A stretch of DNA of 64,000 bases from Narcine bancroftii (taxonomy: Eukaryota). The position numbers and the translations under genes were made by a program. Shown here piece by piece: positions 34,622 to 47,172 of this stretch. The notes beneath the pieces are model-generated. The model did not search any database, was not told the DNA's origin, and worked only from the letters and a program-made list of their open reading frames with translations. Numbering within the stretch: position 1 is the stretch's first letter; each line of letters opens with the position of its first letter. The stretch is taken from the NCBI RefSeq assembly GCF_036971445.1, contig NC_091470.1, positions 337,466,001-337,530,000 on the forward strand, read 5' to 3'.

Positions 34622-34730
34622 CTGATCACAGTTGGGAACAACTCAGTGGAATAAACATAAGTTACTGTGAAGGAGCATGAGATCGACAATTTTGCAAGGA
34701 CAGCAAGCACAGTGACTTCAATAGACATTC
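34622..34730 (-). CDS. SLC22A13: SLC22A13-like exon 8 (109 nt)
   Basis: tttcag|...|gtatga; GMSIEVTVLAVLAKLSISCSFTVTYVYSTELFPTVIR with the ELFPT motif. Confidence 0.92.
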
Positions 34731-35371
34731 CTGAAACATAAGAACAGATATCAGGCCTTGGCAGACCTTGGTCTCTGAAGAGCACATTTTAACTTCTTCC
34801 TCACTTTTTGTGTTCTTGACATGTTCCTGATTTCTCATTTACAGACATTGTGCCTGAGACTTTTGGGTTACCAAACCAAAACTGATCCTTTCCACTTACA
34901 GGTTAAATTGTGAAGGGGGATTCATTGTTCTGAATGATAATTTCATCCATATTTGTTGCCACTTGCCAGTCTAGTTCAAATTCTGTTATTATTGTTCACT
35001 TTACTCAAGCTCCATCAAACTTTGGAGTTATCCAATATCAATCTCGCTCCCGTTTGTATGCAGTGTGCAAAATGTTTGATCTTATATTATTCTCTCTATG
35101 GAGCTCAGTAACAGTCTTTCTTGAAAGCATCTCTATTGATTAGAGATAATACTGTTTAAGATTTTTGTGCATGGGTGCATAATCATATTTTTTTCAATTA
35201 TCATTTTACACAGAAATTACCCAAATACTTCCATTGGATTCCAGCCTGCAACCCATTTTCAAATATTCTTCTCTAAACAAATCATTTTAACTAGGACAAG
35301 GTATTAGTCCTTTACAACTAAAGTAGAATATATTCTATATAGATATAACCACCATGTCACAGGAAGAACTT

Positions 35372-35625
35372 GAGGGCAACACGGTTAATGTAGCGATTAG
35401 CATAATGCTGTTATAGCACCAGCGACTAAGGTTCAAACCCGGTGCTGTCTGTAAGGAGTTTGTACATTCTCCCCATGTCTGCATGGGGTTCTTCCGGGTG
35501 CTATGGTTTCCTCTCACCCTTCAAAATGTACTGGGGTTGTTGGTCAATCAGGTGTAATTGGGCCACACAGGCTTATAGGCTGGGAAGGCCTGTTATAGTG
35601 TGCTGTATTTCTAAATTTAAAATAA
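35372..35625 (+). mobile_element. tRNA-derived SINE
   Basis: B-box ggttcaaaccc and the SINE core. Confidence 0.8.
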
Positions 35626-36504
35626 AACATGACTGATGGGAGATTTGTGGATTTTTCCAAGACACTAAATAATTTTAGTGTAAGATGTAGGTGTTCGCAT
35701 ATGTATGTATGCATACAGATATAAATATACACACAAAAATATGGAGACAAGCAAAGAAAATTATTGGTGGACTTTCAGACAGCAAAAAGGTTTAAAGCGA
35801 CAAGGGCAAAAAGCAATGAAATGAGACGAGCATAAGTAGGTAACTTGGCCAGCATGGATGAGTTGGGCCAAATGGCTTGTTTCTGTGTTGTTATGTTGAC
35901 AATTTACTTGCACAAGCAAAAGGATTAATAATTAGGAAATGTGAATGCAAGTTCATAAAAGGATTAGAAATGAATAAAAAAAAAGCTTGCTTTATCCAAG
36001 GGGTGGTGATGGTGAGGATTTGTTGCTTGGAAAGTCACTGGAGGCAGAAATCTCAGAATATTTAAAGGATAAGCCACATGCCACTGCGAGCGGAAAAGTG
36101 GGATGAACAGTAATAGTTCTAAATAGATCTTTTCCAGCTAGCTCTGAAAGAATTGGCCAAGGAGGCTCCTGCCAAGATATAATTTCAATTGTATAAATGT
36201 CTCTGTCAGCTTCCAGCCTCTGATTCTATCATTCATGTGATAAATCAATGAATGAGGTGCTCTTAATGAGGAAAGTTGGATTGATCTTGAATGCATAGCT
36301 TGAATTGTTATGGAAACAGAATCAGTTGTATCTTTTTGTAAAATCAAATAATTACTAAACAAAACAGTTGTGGAGCTTTGGAGGAAGACAAGCCAGGTAT
36401 AATTTTTTTTGGGCTCATTTGAAGAGGCAACATGGAACTGATGGATGTGAAAAGCCCATCCAGGGTTACAATTGACAGAATCCTCCCTGTTCCCCCAGTC
36501 TTAC

Positions 36505-36716
36505 CTTCTGGTAAAGCTAATATGAGGAAGCTTGAGATACTACCAATCAACAGGAAATATGCTTGACATTTTTTTCGTCCAAACATCGCCAAGAACCAGA
36601 TGCAAGAAACTCGGAGGGCTTCCACCAACCCAAAGATGAACTGTGTGAGGTAAATGTCCTTGCCAAAGTTTTCAACACTGAAGCACAATCCATAATAGAC
36701 AAAGCTATTTACAAAC
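36505..36716 (-). CDS. SLC22A13: SLC22A13-like exon 7 (212 nt)
   Basis: catag|...|gtaaga; FVNSFVYYGLCFSVENFGKDIYLTQFIFGLVEALRVSCIWFLAMFGRKKCQAYFLLIGSISSFLILALPE. Confidence 0.9.
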
Positions 36717-36822
36717 CTATGAAACCAAGAAAGAAATGAGATTATTTACTGTCCATCTGCAACTCACTTTCAGTGGTGATAAAATTACAGGTATAAATCT
36801 GCATTATGTACAATTTTGGTAC

Positions 36823-39800
36823 TGTTACAGAGTCCAGAGGACCCCCAAAACCAGCAGCAATAGATCTGCACCACAACACAGGGTTACTTAAACAAAAGTA
36901 GTTTTTGAAAAAGAAAGCAACGGGAAACGGAGGGATGAGAAAGAAAAACAGAAGCAGGAGGCTCAACAGATAACCAGCCCAGAAGAAGAAGACCAACATC
37001 AAAAAACCATGAAAAAAAACCCAACAAACTGAGACATGTAGCTCAACAAGAAAGTCAGAAGGGACACAGATACAAGGAAGAGAAATAGAAGACACAAACC
37101 CTAGAGCAGACACAGAAGAAGCTCTGCACAGAGGAATAAGAGGTAAAATGAATGGACAGTACAAAGATAAAAATTTTTTTGAAGAACAAATGAAAGCATT
37201 AAAAGAATGGCTGACACTAGAATTTAGTGAAATGAAAAGAAAAATGAAAAGTACAGAAGAAAAAGTGATTAGAATAGAGCTGGTCATAACAGATGTAGGG
37301 AAAGGATTAGAAAGTGTGTAATGGCGGTAGAAATGGAAGTGAACGACTTAAAAAGAAAATTGGAAGAAAGTGACAAAAAAGTTAAAGAAACACAAGAGTT
37401 GTTAGCTCAGAAGATGGATATAATGGAAAACTACAGTAGGTGAAACAATATAAAGATAGTGGGCCTTAAGGAAGATGAAGAAGGCAAAGATATGAAAGAA
37501 TTTATAAAAGAATGGATCCCAAAAGTCCTAGGAATGCCAGAAATACAGGAAAGAGTGGAAATAGAAAGGGCACGCAGAGCATTAGCCCCGAAACCAGTCA
37601 CAGCAAAACCCAAGATCCGTTTTAGTAAAATTTCTGATATACACGACAAGAGAAAATATATTGGAGAAGGCAATGAATAAAATTAGAGAAGACAAAAAAG
37701 CACTGGAGTACAAAGGTCAAAACATTTTTTTCTACCCAGACATAAGTTTTGAGCTCCTAAAGAAGAGAAAGGAGTTTAACGCAGCAAAATCGATCCTATG
37801 GAAGAAAGGCTATAAATTTATGTTAAGATATCCAGCGGTGCTTAAAGTAGTTATCCCGTGGGAGCAAAACAGACTGTTCTCAGATCCGGAGAAAGCACAA
37901 AAATTTGCAAAACACCTGCAAGACAGAAAGAGAGATGAAGAGATGTAACAAGAACAATGAACGACGACAAACTACATATAAAGATGTAAAAATAATGTCT
38001 AAGTAAGAACTAAAGGAGGGAAGAAAAGGAAGTAAGGGAGAATGGGGGTAAAAAAGAGGATGGGTTAAAAAAAGAAAAAAGAAAAAAAAGAAAAAGAGAA
38101 GAAAAGAGGGGGAGCTTTGTTGTAATGTGAAGATAAAAGTTTTTTCTGGAGGGTGTTGGGTGAGAGAGAATAACAGTCACTGCAAAATTAGTTGACACTT
38201 GCGAACGGGTTCACAGTCCGAATGGAGAGGGGAGTTGTGGTTGCCCGGCAAGGAACAAGGGGCGACTCAGAGAGGGGGGGGGGACACTTGGGGTTAAGGG
38301 AATTTTAGATGTGGAAGTAGTTGAAGTATTTTATGTTTTAGAAGTGTTGTCATACAGTGCGTTCAAAAAAGGAAAACTGAGAAATGAAAATGAGGAAAAG
38401 AGGAAAGGTGATGGTGAGGAAGTGGAAATGAGATGTAAACAGAGTATGAAATGGCCATGTTGAACTATATGACTATAAATATTATTGGAATACATAACCA
38501 AATCAAAAGGAAGAGGCTATTAAATTTACTGAAAAAAGAAAAAGTTGATACAGCATTCGTGCAGGAAATGCATCTAACTGAAGTGGAACATAATAAATTA
38601 AGGAGAGACTGGGTAGGGCACGTAACGGCAGCATCATATAATTCAAAAGCCAGAGGTGTAGCTATATTAATCAATAAAAATGTACCAATCAAAATAGAGG
38701 AGGAAATAATAGATCCAGCAGGGAGATATGTAATGTTAAAATGTCAGATATATTCAGAACTCTGGAATTTGGTCAATATATATGCACCTAATGAAGAAGA
38801 TCAAAAGTTTATGCAAGATATTTTTTTTGAAAACTTATAACAAACATTTACATCAAGCTGCAAGAGAAAGAAAATGATGAAATAAACTATAAACCCAAAC
38901 AAAAGTGGGAACAAGATCTAAACATAAAGATAAAAAAATGAAATATTGGAAAAGCTGTGCTCTGGAACTATGAGAAATATAATAAATATGAGGTTATGCA
39001 TGATACAATATAATTGGTTACATAGGCTATATATCACACCCCAAAAGTTAAATAAATGGGACCCAACAGTATCAGATAGATGTTTTTGCTGTAAGAAGGA
39101 AACAGAAACAACAGTACATGCAATTTGGGCATGTGAGAAAGTGAAAACATTTTGGGAAGATCTAAATCTGATATTAAATAAAATCACAAAAAGCAACATA
39201 CCAAAAAATCCAGAGATTTTCTTCTTAGTAATATAAGTAGTAAAGAATTAGGCCTTAAACTGGATGAAGCGCAAAAAAGATTTATTATGATAGCCTTAGC
39301 TGTAGCAAAAAAATGTATAATGTCAACTTGGAAATCAGAAGAGAGCCTGAGAATACAGCAATGGTACATGGAAATGAATAAATGTATTCCATTGGAAAAA
39401 ATAACATACAATTTAAAAAATAAAGTCTCATTATTTGAACAAATTTGGGAACCGTACATGGAACACACAGAGAGGGCCTACTGTTGACCTCCAGCCCCTA
39501 AAATGACAGAATGAGAAGATTAAATGAACTGACCCAGTGTGTAAAAGTAGATGACGCTATTTTCTTGTTTATTTTCATTGTGTGATGACATTGTTTAATG
39601 GGTTTATTGTATTGTATATGTTGAATGTTAAATGGGTTTGGGGGGGGTGTGGGAAGGAGGGAGGGAAGGTAGGGGGGAAAAATGGGAGAAAATGACTGTG
39701 TATATTCAAGAGGGAAATATTTGTGTGTATTTTGGTTAATATGGTTCATAGTGTGAAAAATAAAAAAAATTAAAAAAACAAAAGTAGTTTTTAATTATAT

Positions 39801-40482
39801 TTGAACAAGAAAACAGAATTAAACTTTAACTTATTACTATAAACTTACTTAACCTACCTAACCTACTTAATCCCCCCCTCTAATACTAAGCGCAGGTGTG
39901 TGCAATAAATATTTAAGATAAAAAAGTTATTTGGATCACATTCCAATCTCACTGGTTGTAGGCTATTCTTGTACTGTGCACAGAAGTTAGCATTAATAAA
40001 CTCCACCAGGCTTTGGTTTTTAACAGGCAGATGGTTACCACTCAGGAGGGTTCTTGCTGGTTTTCAGAGAGAGATTCCTTTTCCAGGACATCCACAACTT
40101 ATTCCTTTTCAATCAGTCTTGCTGACGAAACTTGCCCCCTTCAGGGTTCTCCAGATGATCCTCTTTCTTTCAAGTCACCTTTCAGACTGCCAGTCTTCTC
40201 TTTTGACCAAGCAGCCTTCCAAAGTTTGCCAGCTTGTCCCTCTGGAACTAATTTCTGTATCTCCCCTCTCTGTTTCACTCCCTCCCTCTCTGAGAGAAAA
40301 ACTATTCTCCCTGCCTGCAAAGATCACATGCTCTCCCAGGCACGCTGCTGAATGTTGCTACTTTGTTGCTCCTCTACAAAAAGCATTCTGCAAAAGTCCT
40401 GCAAATATTCTGTGTTTTAAAATGTTTGCGTGCAACCTGCTCTAGCAATTCCTCCCAAGCCACCTTTAAATACTCTGTCACA
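36823..40482 (-). mobile_element. Solo LTR (family B) split by an L1 insertion
   Basis: tgttacag...ctgtcaca termini; perfect TSD GTAC (36819-22 / 40483-86). The halves 36823-36906 and 39776-40482 join colinearly with the other copies. Confidence 0.9.
36907..39775 (+). mobile_element. L1 LINE with internal deletion of the RT domain
   Basis: ORF1 remnant (IERARRAL, IFFYPDISFELLKKRKEF); ORF2 endonuclease start (38451; AFVQEMHL, NIYAPN) joined to the C-terminal Cys-rich region (RCFCCKKETETTVHAIWAC); poly(A); 17-bp TSD aaacaaaagtagttttt. Confidence 0.9.
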
Positions 40483-41534
40483 GTACCACTGTCTAAGAAA
40501 GCATCTATTAACATTGGAAACAGTTCAGAAAAGATTAATTTAGCTAATTTCAATGATTAGAACATTTTCCTATCACAAAGAGCTTTAAAAGAAAGGTAAC
40601 TTGTATCCTTTGAGGTTGGAATAAAGTGAAGGAACACAAGATCCCAAGGGGCCATGATATGGTTGCTATTGAATGGGAGAGTCATGAACATGGGGAAAAA
40701 CATTACAGGATAAGGGTTCAATTATTTCCAACTGCTATGCGGAAGAAGCTCTTGCCGCAGATAATGATGGAAATCTTCACCTTCAAGCTGCATCACTGGA
40801 GGTATTTAGAGGGGAATTTGGATAATTTTTTGAAAGCTTGGGGAAATGAGTGTTATGTGGAAACATTGTGCTTTTATTGGGCAAAGTGGGAGGGCGACAA
40901 GGATAAACAAAATATGATGGGCATTTTCAATGGGAAGGGTTAAGGTACATTTCGACTAGAAGATTGAAAGCTGTATTTGATGTAGGAGTGTGAGGGTGGA
41001 GAAGTGAGTGGTAACAACATTGAAAGGATAACAGCATCATTCACATGGTCAGTGGGAGATTCTGGGGTTCTGGAATGGGGGAGGGTTCAGTTTCCTGAGG
41101 GTTCAAAAGGATAGCTTGATTTTAAAAAAAAACTTATGATACAATGCATTATTCCAAATTGCTAAATAATAAACCCTCTGCTCCTCACAAATTCTGGTCC
41201 AAAATTCCTGGAGATGGGTCAAAAGGACTATTAAATGTGAATGACATCCTCGTGAAAATAATCCTGACATTGCAATATTGGGCAGCAATTGGTCAAACTG
41301 CACTTGTGGTGCAAATTCACCTGGTAAAAGTTCAGAAGCACAGGCTGTACTACACTAAGTCAGTTTTCAATTGCAGGACATTTGATGCTCTACTATCTTT
41401 TCTTAGCATTTTGCATTACTGTATAAAAGGTTATAAACCAGTCATTGTTTGTAACCTCACCCATTAAATATATAGAACTGGAACATTGCTGTTACGTTGC
41501 ATTGTAATATAAATTAATGAGAATTTAATATTAC

Positions 41535-41629
41535 CAAATGAAAGTCAAAACCAACATAACTCTTCGTAGACTTGATATCCTAAAAAGATTCCAGATGGTG
41601 ATGTGCTGGATTTCTTTATTAATGACAAC
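41535..41629 (-). CDS. SLC22A13: SLC22A13-like exon 6 (95 nt)
   Basis: ttcaag|...|gtaata; VVINKEIQHITIWNLFRISSLRRVMLVLTFIW (DLFRxPxLR-type motif); phase 0/2. Confidence 0.85.
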
Positions 41630-42781
41630 CTTGAATGTAAAAACAGAAATGTTAGATACCTAACACCTTTGAACTCAAAATGCTTGGCTGGCCTGTGTGT
41701 GAATAAATATACCCTATCCAAAAATAATTGAACCTTTCTACTTCCCTCAATTCACATCTTCTCTGGTGAGATTCTAACTTCAGCAATATAACACAGCATT
41801 TTCCCACTAATCAGGAAAATTACTTCATATGGAATTCTCTCACTAAATACTGGATGACGTAAAACAGGAATTAAAGGTGTTCTTAGATCATGCCGTTGTT
41901 AATTGCAGAGGAACAATTTATTTCCACTCAATATCATTCTGCCAATCCCCTTCCAATCTTGGTTGCAACCACCTTGAAAGAAAAACTGAAAGTACTCACC
42001 ACATCACCCAGCATATTAAAGAGAGAATATGTTACTTGAATTAATACACCTTCATTAACATGAAGGCTACAAATCTTCTCGTTTCTTTCTTTCTCCCCTC
42101 TCTATTACAGTGAACTGCAATTTCCAACACTGTTACAGCCAACTGCATTTAAGCATCTCTTCAAATATGAAATACAAATTAGAAAGATGAGATTCTGCTT
42201 AACTTTTACAATCTCTTCAGAGCCACAAATATATCTTGTCAAGAACAAAGACTGTTTATCTATGGGAAAATCAGGATGCCTCTTGTATAGAATAATAGAA
42301 TCAAAAAAGACTGACTTATTAGATGCAAAGTGGTGGAGAGATATGTAGATTGTACAATGTATATAGCAATAATCTCATTATTATTATTATTATTGTATAT
42401 CAAGCAATCCCCTCACTAATTAACCAATAACACCACAGGATCTGTTTTGTCAACCTAATCAGGCAGAAAGGGACACCAGTTTATTCTGTATCTGAAAGTT
42501 AACATCTCAAATAATGCCACAGCTCATTAAGTAATCAAGGAGGATCTGGAGGGAGCCGGGGTAAGTCAGCAGGTCAGACAGCATCCTTGGAGAGAAATGG
42601 ACAGATAATGTTTCAGGCTAGGACCTTCATCTGACCCAAGTCCCAACAGCACCTCTTTGTTTGCTTCAGATTCAACAATTGCAGTTTTTGTGTTTCTACA
42701 AGGTTTCATTGCACTGAAGCATCAGCTTGTTGCTCTCAGACCCTTTGTAGTTAACTTAAAATCTTAATCATAACTAAGATA

Positions 42782-43025
42782 GGGTGGTACAGTTAGCATA
42801 GCAGTTCATGCAACGCTGTTACAGCACCAACGACCCAGGTTCAAATCCAGTGCTGTCTGCAAGAAGATTGTACATTCTCCCCATGTCTGCGTGGGTTTCC
42901 TCCAGGTGCTCTGGTTTTGTCCCTCCCTTCAAAATATATGGGAGTTGTATGTTAATTTTATGCAATTGGGCAACACGGGCTCAAGAGCCGCAAGGGCTTG
43001 TTACCAGGCTGTATGTATAAAAAAA
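42782..43025 (+). mobile_element. tRNA-derived SINE
   Basis: gggtggtacagttagcatagcag, B-box ggttcaaatcc, SINE core and A tail. Confidence 0.8.
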
Positions 43026-43672
43026 GGCTTAGACGTGAAAGATTGAGGCCCTGATATTATTTGAGGTCATCTTTATATTTCAGTTGTGTAGCAGGTTAGT
43101 GTTTTTGTCCTTTGAGCACAGACTTCCTTTCTGGGATTGGTTGCCAAGGTGCAACAAAGATTTCAGAGACAGGAAATAAAAAGGCCAGTCTCAACTTAAC
43201 ATTTTAACCATTTTACTGGGTGCAAAGTTAAAATTGTAACATAAAAATGAGATGAAGGAAGGATGTGAAATTTGAAAAGTAAATATTAAGAAATCCATTA
43301 TATTTTGAAATACTTGAAAAAAATCCACATAATTTGTTTTCTTCAAGAGCCCATGGCAAGCCATTACCAACTCACACCTTGTGTAGCAAACTATACTACA
43401 AACTCTGGCAAGAATAGTTCATAAATACCTAAAGCCCTCAATATTTCTTAGACTAATGACGCAGAATCCTTATCAAAGTTGGCTGATTAACATCTGTGAT
43501 GCTCACGAAGCCAACATTTGAGGCAAAACTTTGAGTTGAAGATTGCAAAGAGAGAGGGAGGAATGAAATTACGAACGAATCTTCAAACAAGCGTAGGGAC
43601 TTTAAAATTTTGAGGTGGAGGAGCTATTTGGAGAATAACACCAACATGAAGCAAAGGGAGATGAAGGTTTTT

Positions 43673-43675
<3 letters not shown>

Positions 43676-43705
<30 letters not shown>
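43676..43705. repeat. (GA)n microsatellite within a CR1 3' fragment
   Basis: About 14 AG units, expanded from the CR1 cagagagtggtg motif. Confidence 0.9.
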
Positions 43706-43708
<3 letters not shown>

Positions 43709-44179
43709 TGGGTGTATGGAATATTCTGCCAGCAAAAGTGGTGGAGGCAGGTGAAATAGGATCTTTCATAGACTAATGTAAAGAAGATGAGCTCAGATCA
43801 TATCAGAGCCTCAATCTTTCATGTCTGTCTTTTTTTTATACATACATCATGGTAACAGGCCCTTTCAGCCCTTGAGCCCGTGTTGCCCAATTACATGGAA
43901 CTGAGAAAAATGGAATTATGCAATAGGAAGATTCTAGGCAGTTGTTAGAATAGGTCATGATGTCAGCACAAAACTGTGTGTTCCAAAATCTTTATTATTT
44001 AAGCTTAAGATTTGATATCACAAACATCAAAAATTGTGCTTCTGCATTGTGAAGATGTAATGACTTGAATGTCAAATTATTAATTTGTTTTAATCTTTGC
44101 TTTTAAATAAATTCAACTGAACATTATAATCATAGATTATAAAAAAAGTCCATCCTCTTTAAACCCCAGTCAGAAATAC

Positions 44180-44300
44180 CTTGTCAATCAATGATTCATG
44201 TAGAACTCTTTTATTCACTCTTGCTGCAGTCTTAAGGTACTTCTTGGCTGCTTCTTTTTGTCCTTTCATTACAAGCCATCTTGCAGACTCTGGAAGCAAC
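44180..44300 (-). CDS. SLC22A13: SLC22A13-like exon 5 (121 nt)
   Basis: ctttag|...|gtattt; LLPESARWLVMKGQKEAAKKYLKTAARVNKRVLHESLIDK with the SLC22 PESARWL motif. Not in the ORF track. Confidence 0.9.
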
Positions 44301-44354
44301 CTAAAGTGATGCAATACATTTAAGCAATTAAATATCAGATCCTCAGAGATTGGT

Positions 44355-45265
44355 GCGGGGACTATCGTTTTTTGTCATCTGGATAATAATGTGCTAAATA
44401 GGATCAGCAAGTTTCCAGGTGACACCAAGATTGGAGGTGTTGTGGACAGTGAAGATGGTTTTCAAAACTTGCAGAGGGCTCTGGACCACCTTGAAAAATG
44501 GCAGATGGAATTTAATGCAGACAAGTGTGAGGTGTTGCATTTTGGAAGGACAAACCAAGAAAGTATATACACAGTAAATGGTAGGGCACTGAAGATTGAG
44601 GTAGAACAGAGAGATCTGGGAATACAGATACACAATTCCATGAAAATGGCATCACAAGTAGATATCGTTGTGAAGAGAGCTTTTGGCATGTTGGCCTTCA
44701 TAAATCAAAGTATTGAGTACAGGAGTTGGAATGTTGTGGTAATATTGTATAAGACATGGGTGAGGCCAGATTTGGAATATTGTATACCGTTTTGGTCACC
44801 TAACTACAGGAAAGATATCAAAAGATAGAAAGAGCGCTGAGAAGATTTACTAGAATGTTGCCTGGACTTCAGGAACTGAGTTACAGGGAATGGTTAAAGA
44901 TGTTAGGTTCTCTGAAGCGTGGAAGAATGAGGGGAGATTTGATAGAGATATTTAAAGGGGTTAGACAAAGAAAATGTATATAGTCTTTTTTTTCCACTGA
45001 GGGTAGCTGAGATAGAGTAAAAGGGAAAATGTTTAGGGAGAACTTCTTCACACAGAGAGTCAAGGGAGTATGGAATGAGCTTTCAGCTGAAGTGATGAAT
45101 GAGGGCTTAATTTGAACATTTTAGAAAAATTTGGACAGACATGGATGGGAGAGGTGTGGAGGATTATGGACAGGGTGCAGGTCAGTGGGACAAGGCAAAA
45201 AAATGGTTCAGCACAGACTTGAAAAGCTGAAGGATCCTGTTTCCGCACTGTAATGTTCTATGGTT
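44355..45265 (+). mobile_element. CR1 LINE 3' fragment
   Basis: SKFPGDTKIGG, WQMEFNADKCEVLHFG, VRPDLEYCIPFWSP; 3' tail ctgtaatgttctatg. Confidence 0.9.
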
Positions 45266-46939
45266 TATTGGATCTCGCAATCCTCCCAATAACGTTAATT
45301 GTGAGTTAAAATATTATTGGAGTCGTGAAAATCATGATACCCTACTGTGGATTTATTAATTGAAATGTTTCATTCTTTAATTTTTTAAGTAACTTGGTAT
45401 TGATGGGAATAAATTCAATGGCTAGTTTTAGATAAAATGTGATCACCTTCATAGAAGATCAAATTGAATAGCAGGAGGAAAACAATCAAGTTGGAGATAC
45501 CCACTAATGACGTACTATTGATCTATGTGCACCTGGTTCCTCTGATCCTGCACAACTGTGCTTTATAAATGTGCCATTTCATCACCATTGTTTCTCGTTC
45601 TGTCATTGTACTACTATAGTTCTCTAAACAAATGTCATCTTCCACTTGTTTGTCCATCTCATCAGCCGAAATATGTCCTATTGCATTAATACCTTTTACA
45701 AATGGTGTTGCTCACACAGTTCGAGATATTACCCGACACATCCATTTTGAGAGAAAGTCATCCCGGCCATGATCCCTGGACAACCTCACTGACCCATTCT
45801 CCAGTCTGATTAAAAAAAAAACCCATGATTTACCTCCACTCTCTGCCTTCAAGCCAATTTCCTATCAGTGCTACTACTGACCCTACATTTTCTCTACTCA
45901 CACTTTTGCTTGTCATTCTTTAACAAGGGACTTCTTCTGAAAATTAACACTGACTGCATTCCTTTCAACAACCTTTTCTCATTTTTTTTTGGATAAGGTA
46001 ACCATTAGGCAAGTCAAACCTATCTTGTCTTACACAAAACAGTGTTAAAGCTGGGAGAATGTGGGTCGCAGGTAAGATGGCATTTACCCAAGAAAAAGGG
46101 AGAGGGAGTGATTTAAGAGGGACCTGATGGGCAATATTTTTCACTCGGAGCATGGTCTGCACCTTTAAAATGCTGCCAGAGGAAGTTATAGGAGCAATTA
46201 CAACAATTACAAGATATTTGGATAGAAATTTGGACTGGAAGGATTTAGAAGGATAAGAACCAAATGAAGGTAAATGGGACTATCCCAGAATGTCAACTTG
46301 GTCAGCATAGACAAATTGGGCTGAAGGGCCTGTTCTGTGGTTTATGTCTCTTTGATTGGTGGAGGACAAAAAGGGAGGAGAGATACTAATCCCTTTGGAA
46401 TATTAAAAGGGAAGAGCAGGGTGTATCTGTTTATCAATGGTGTCACCTTAAAGGTGGAAGAAATTATGGTCGGTGAGAGAGGACAAGGCAAACCTGGCAC
46501 TTGCAAAAATGTGAGAAATAGAACAGACATGATTGAGACCTCTGTCAAATATGTGGAGGGGAAAAGCATGGCTAAGATTAAAGGAAGACGCTTGAAATTA
46601 TCAGTGTGGAAGGTATCATCACAAGAACAGATAAAATACTCGTGAATCGAAGGATGTCCTTACAGGTAGTAGGTATCCCAGATGATTTCCCCATCTGAGC
46701 ACCTCTCCCTCTCACGCAACTTAAACAGGCCTGATGTCTAACTTTTTCTATAGTTCTGATGAAAGATCATTGACTCAAATTTTTGACACTTTCTCTCTCC
46801 ATAGGAACTCCATTCTCCCAGCCATTTCTGTTTTTATTTTAGCATTTATTACAAGATGGATTCTAATAACTAGTCCAAGTATTATGAAGAAATGGAAGCT
46901 TATGATAGAATTGAAACTTTCAAAAATTAAATATTTTAC

Positions 46940-47108
46940 CATGCGTATGACAAGAAGATAATCATTGGACACGAGGTAGCTAATTGCAGCTTTCTCCAGT
47001 CACAAATTCCATACGCCAACCCAGCTAAAAGCATCTGCCCTACTGAAAAGCCACACTGGGAAAATGCAGATGCAAATGATCGCTGTGCTACACCAGTCCA
47101 TTCCATAC
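46940..47108 (-). CDS. SLC22A13: SLC22A13-like exon 4 (169 nt)
   Basis: cttcag|...|gtaaaa; GMEWTGVAQRSFASAFSQCGFSVGQMLLAGLAYGICDWRKLQLATSCPMIIFLSYAW; phases 1/2 match the neighbouring exons. Confidence 0.9.
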
Positions 47109-47172
47109 CTGAAGTATACGAAATTTGGCATGTAAATGCAAAATACATTTTGATTTTTATACTTTAATTTCT

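Noticed and set aside
42000-42114. Minus-strand block with a gtgagt donor as SLC22 exon 6
   Set aside because: In-frame stop, wrong phase and weak acceptor; 41535-41629 fits the family motif and phase.
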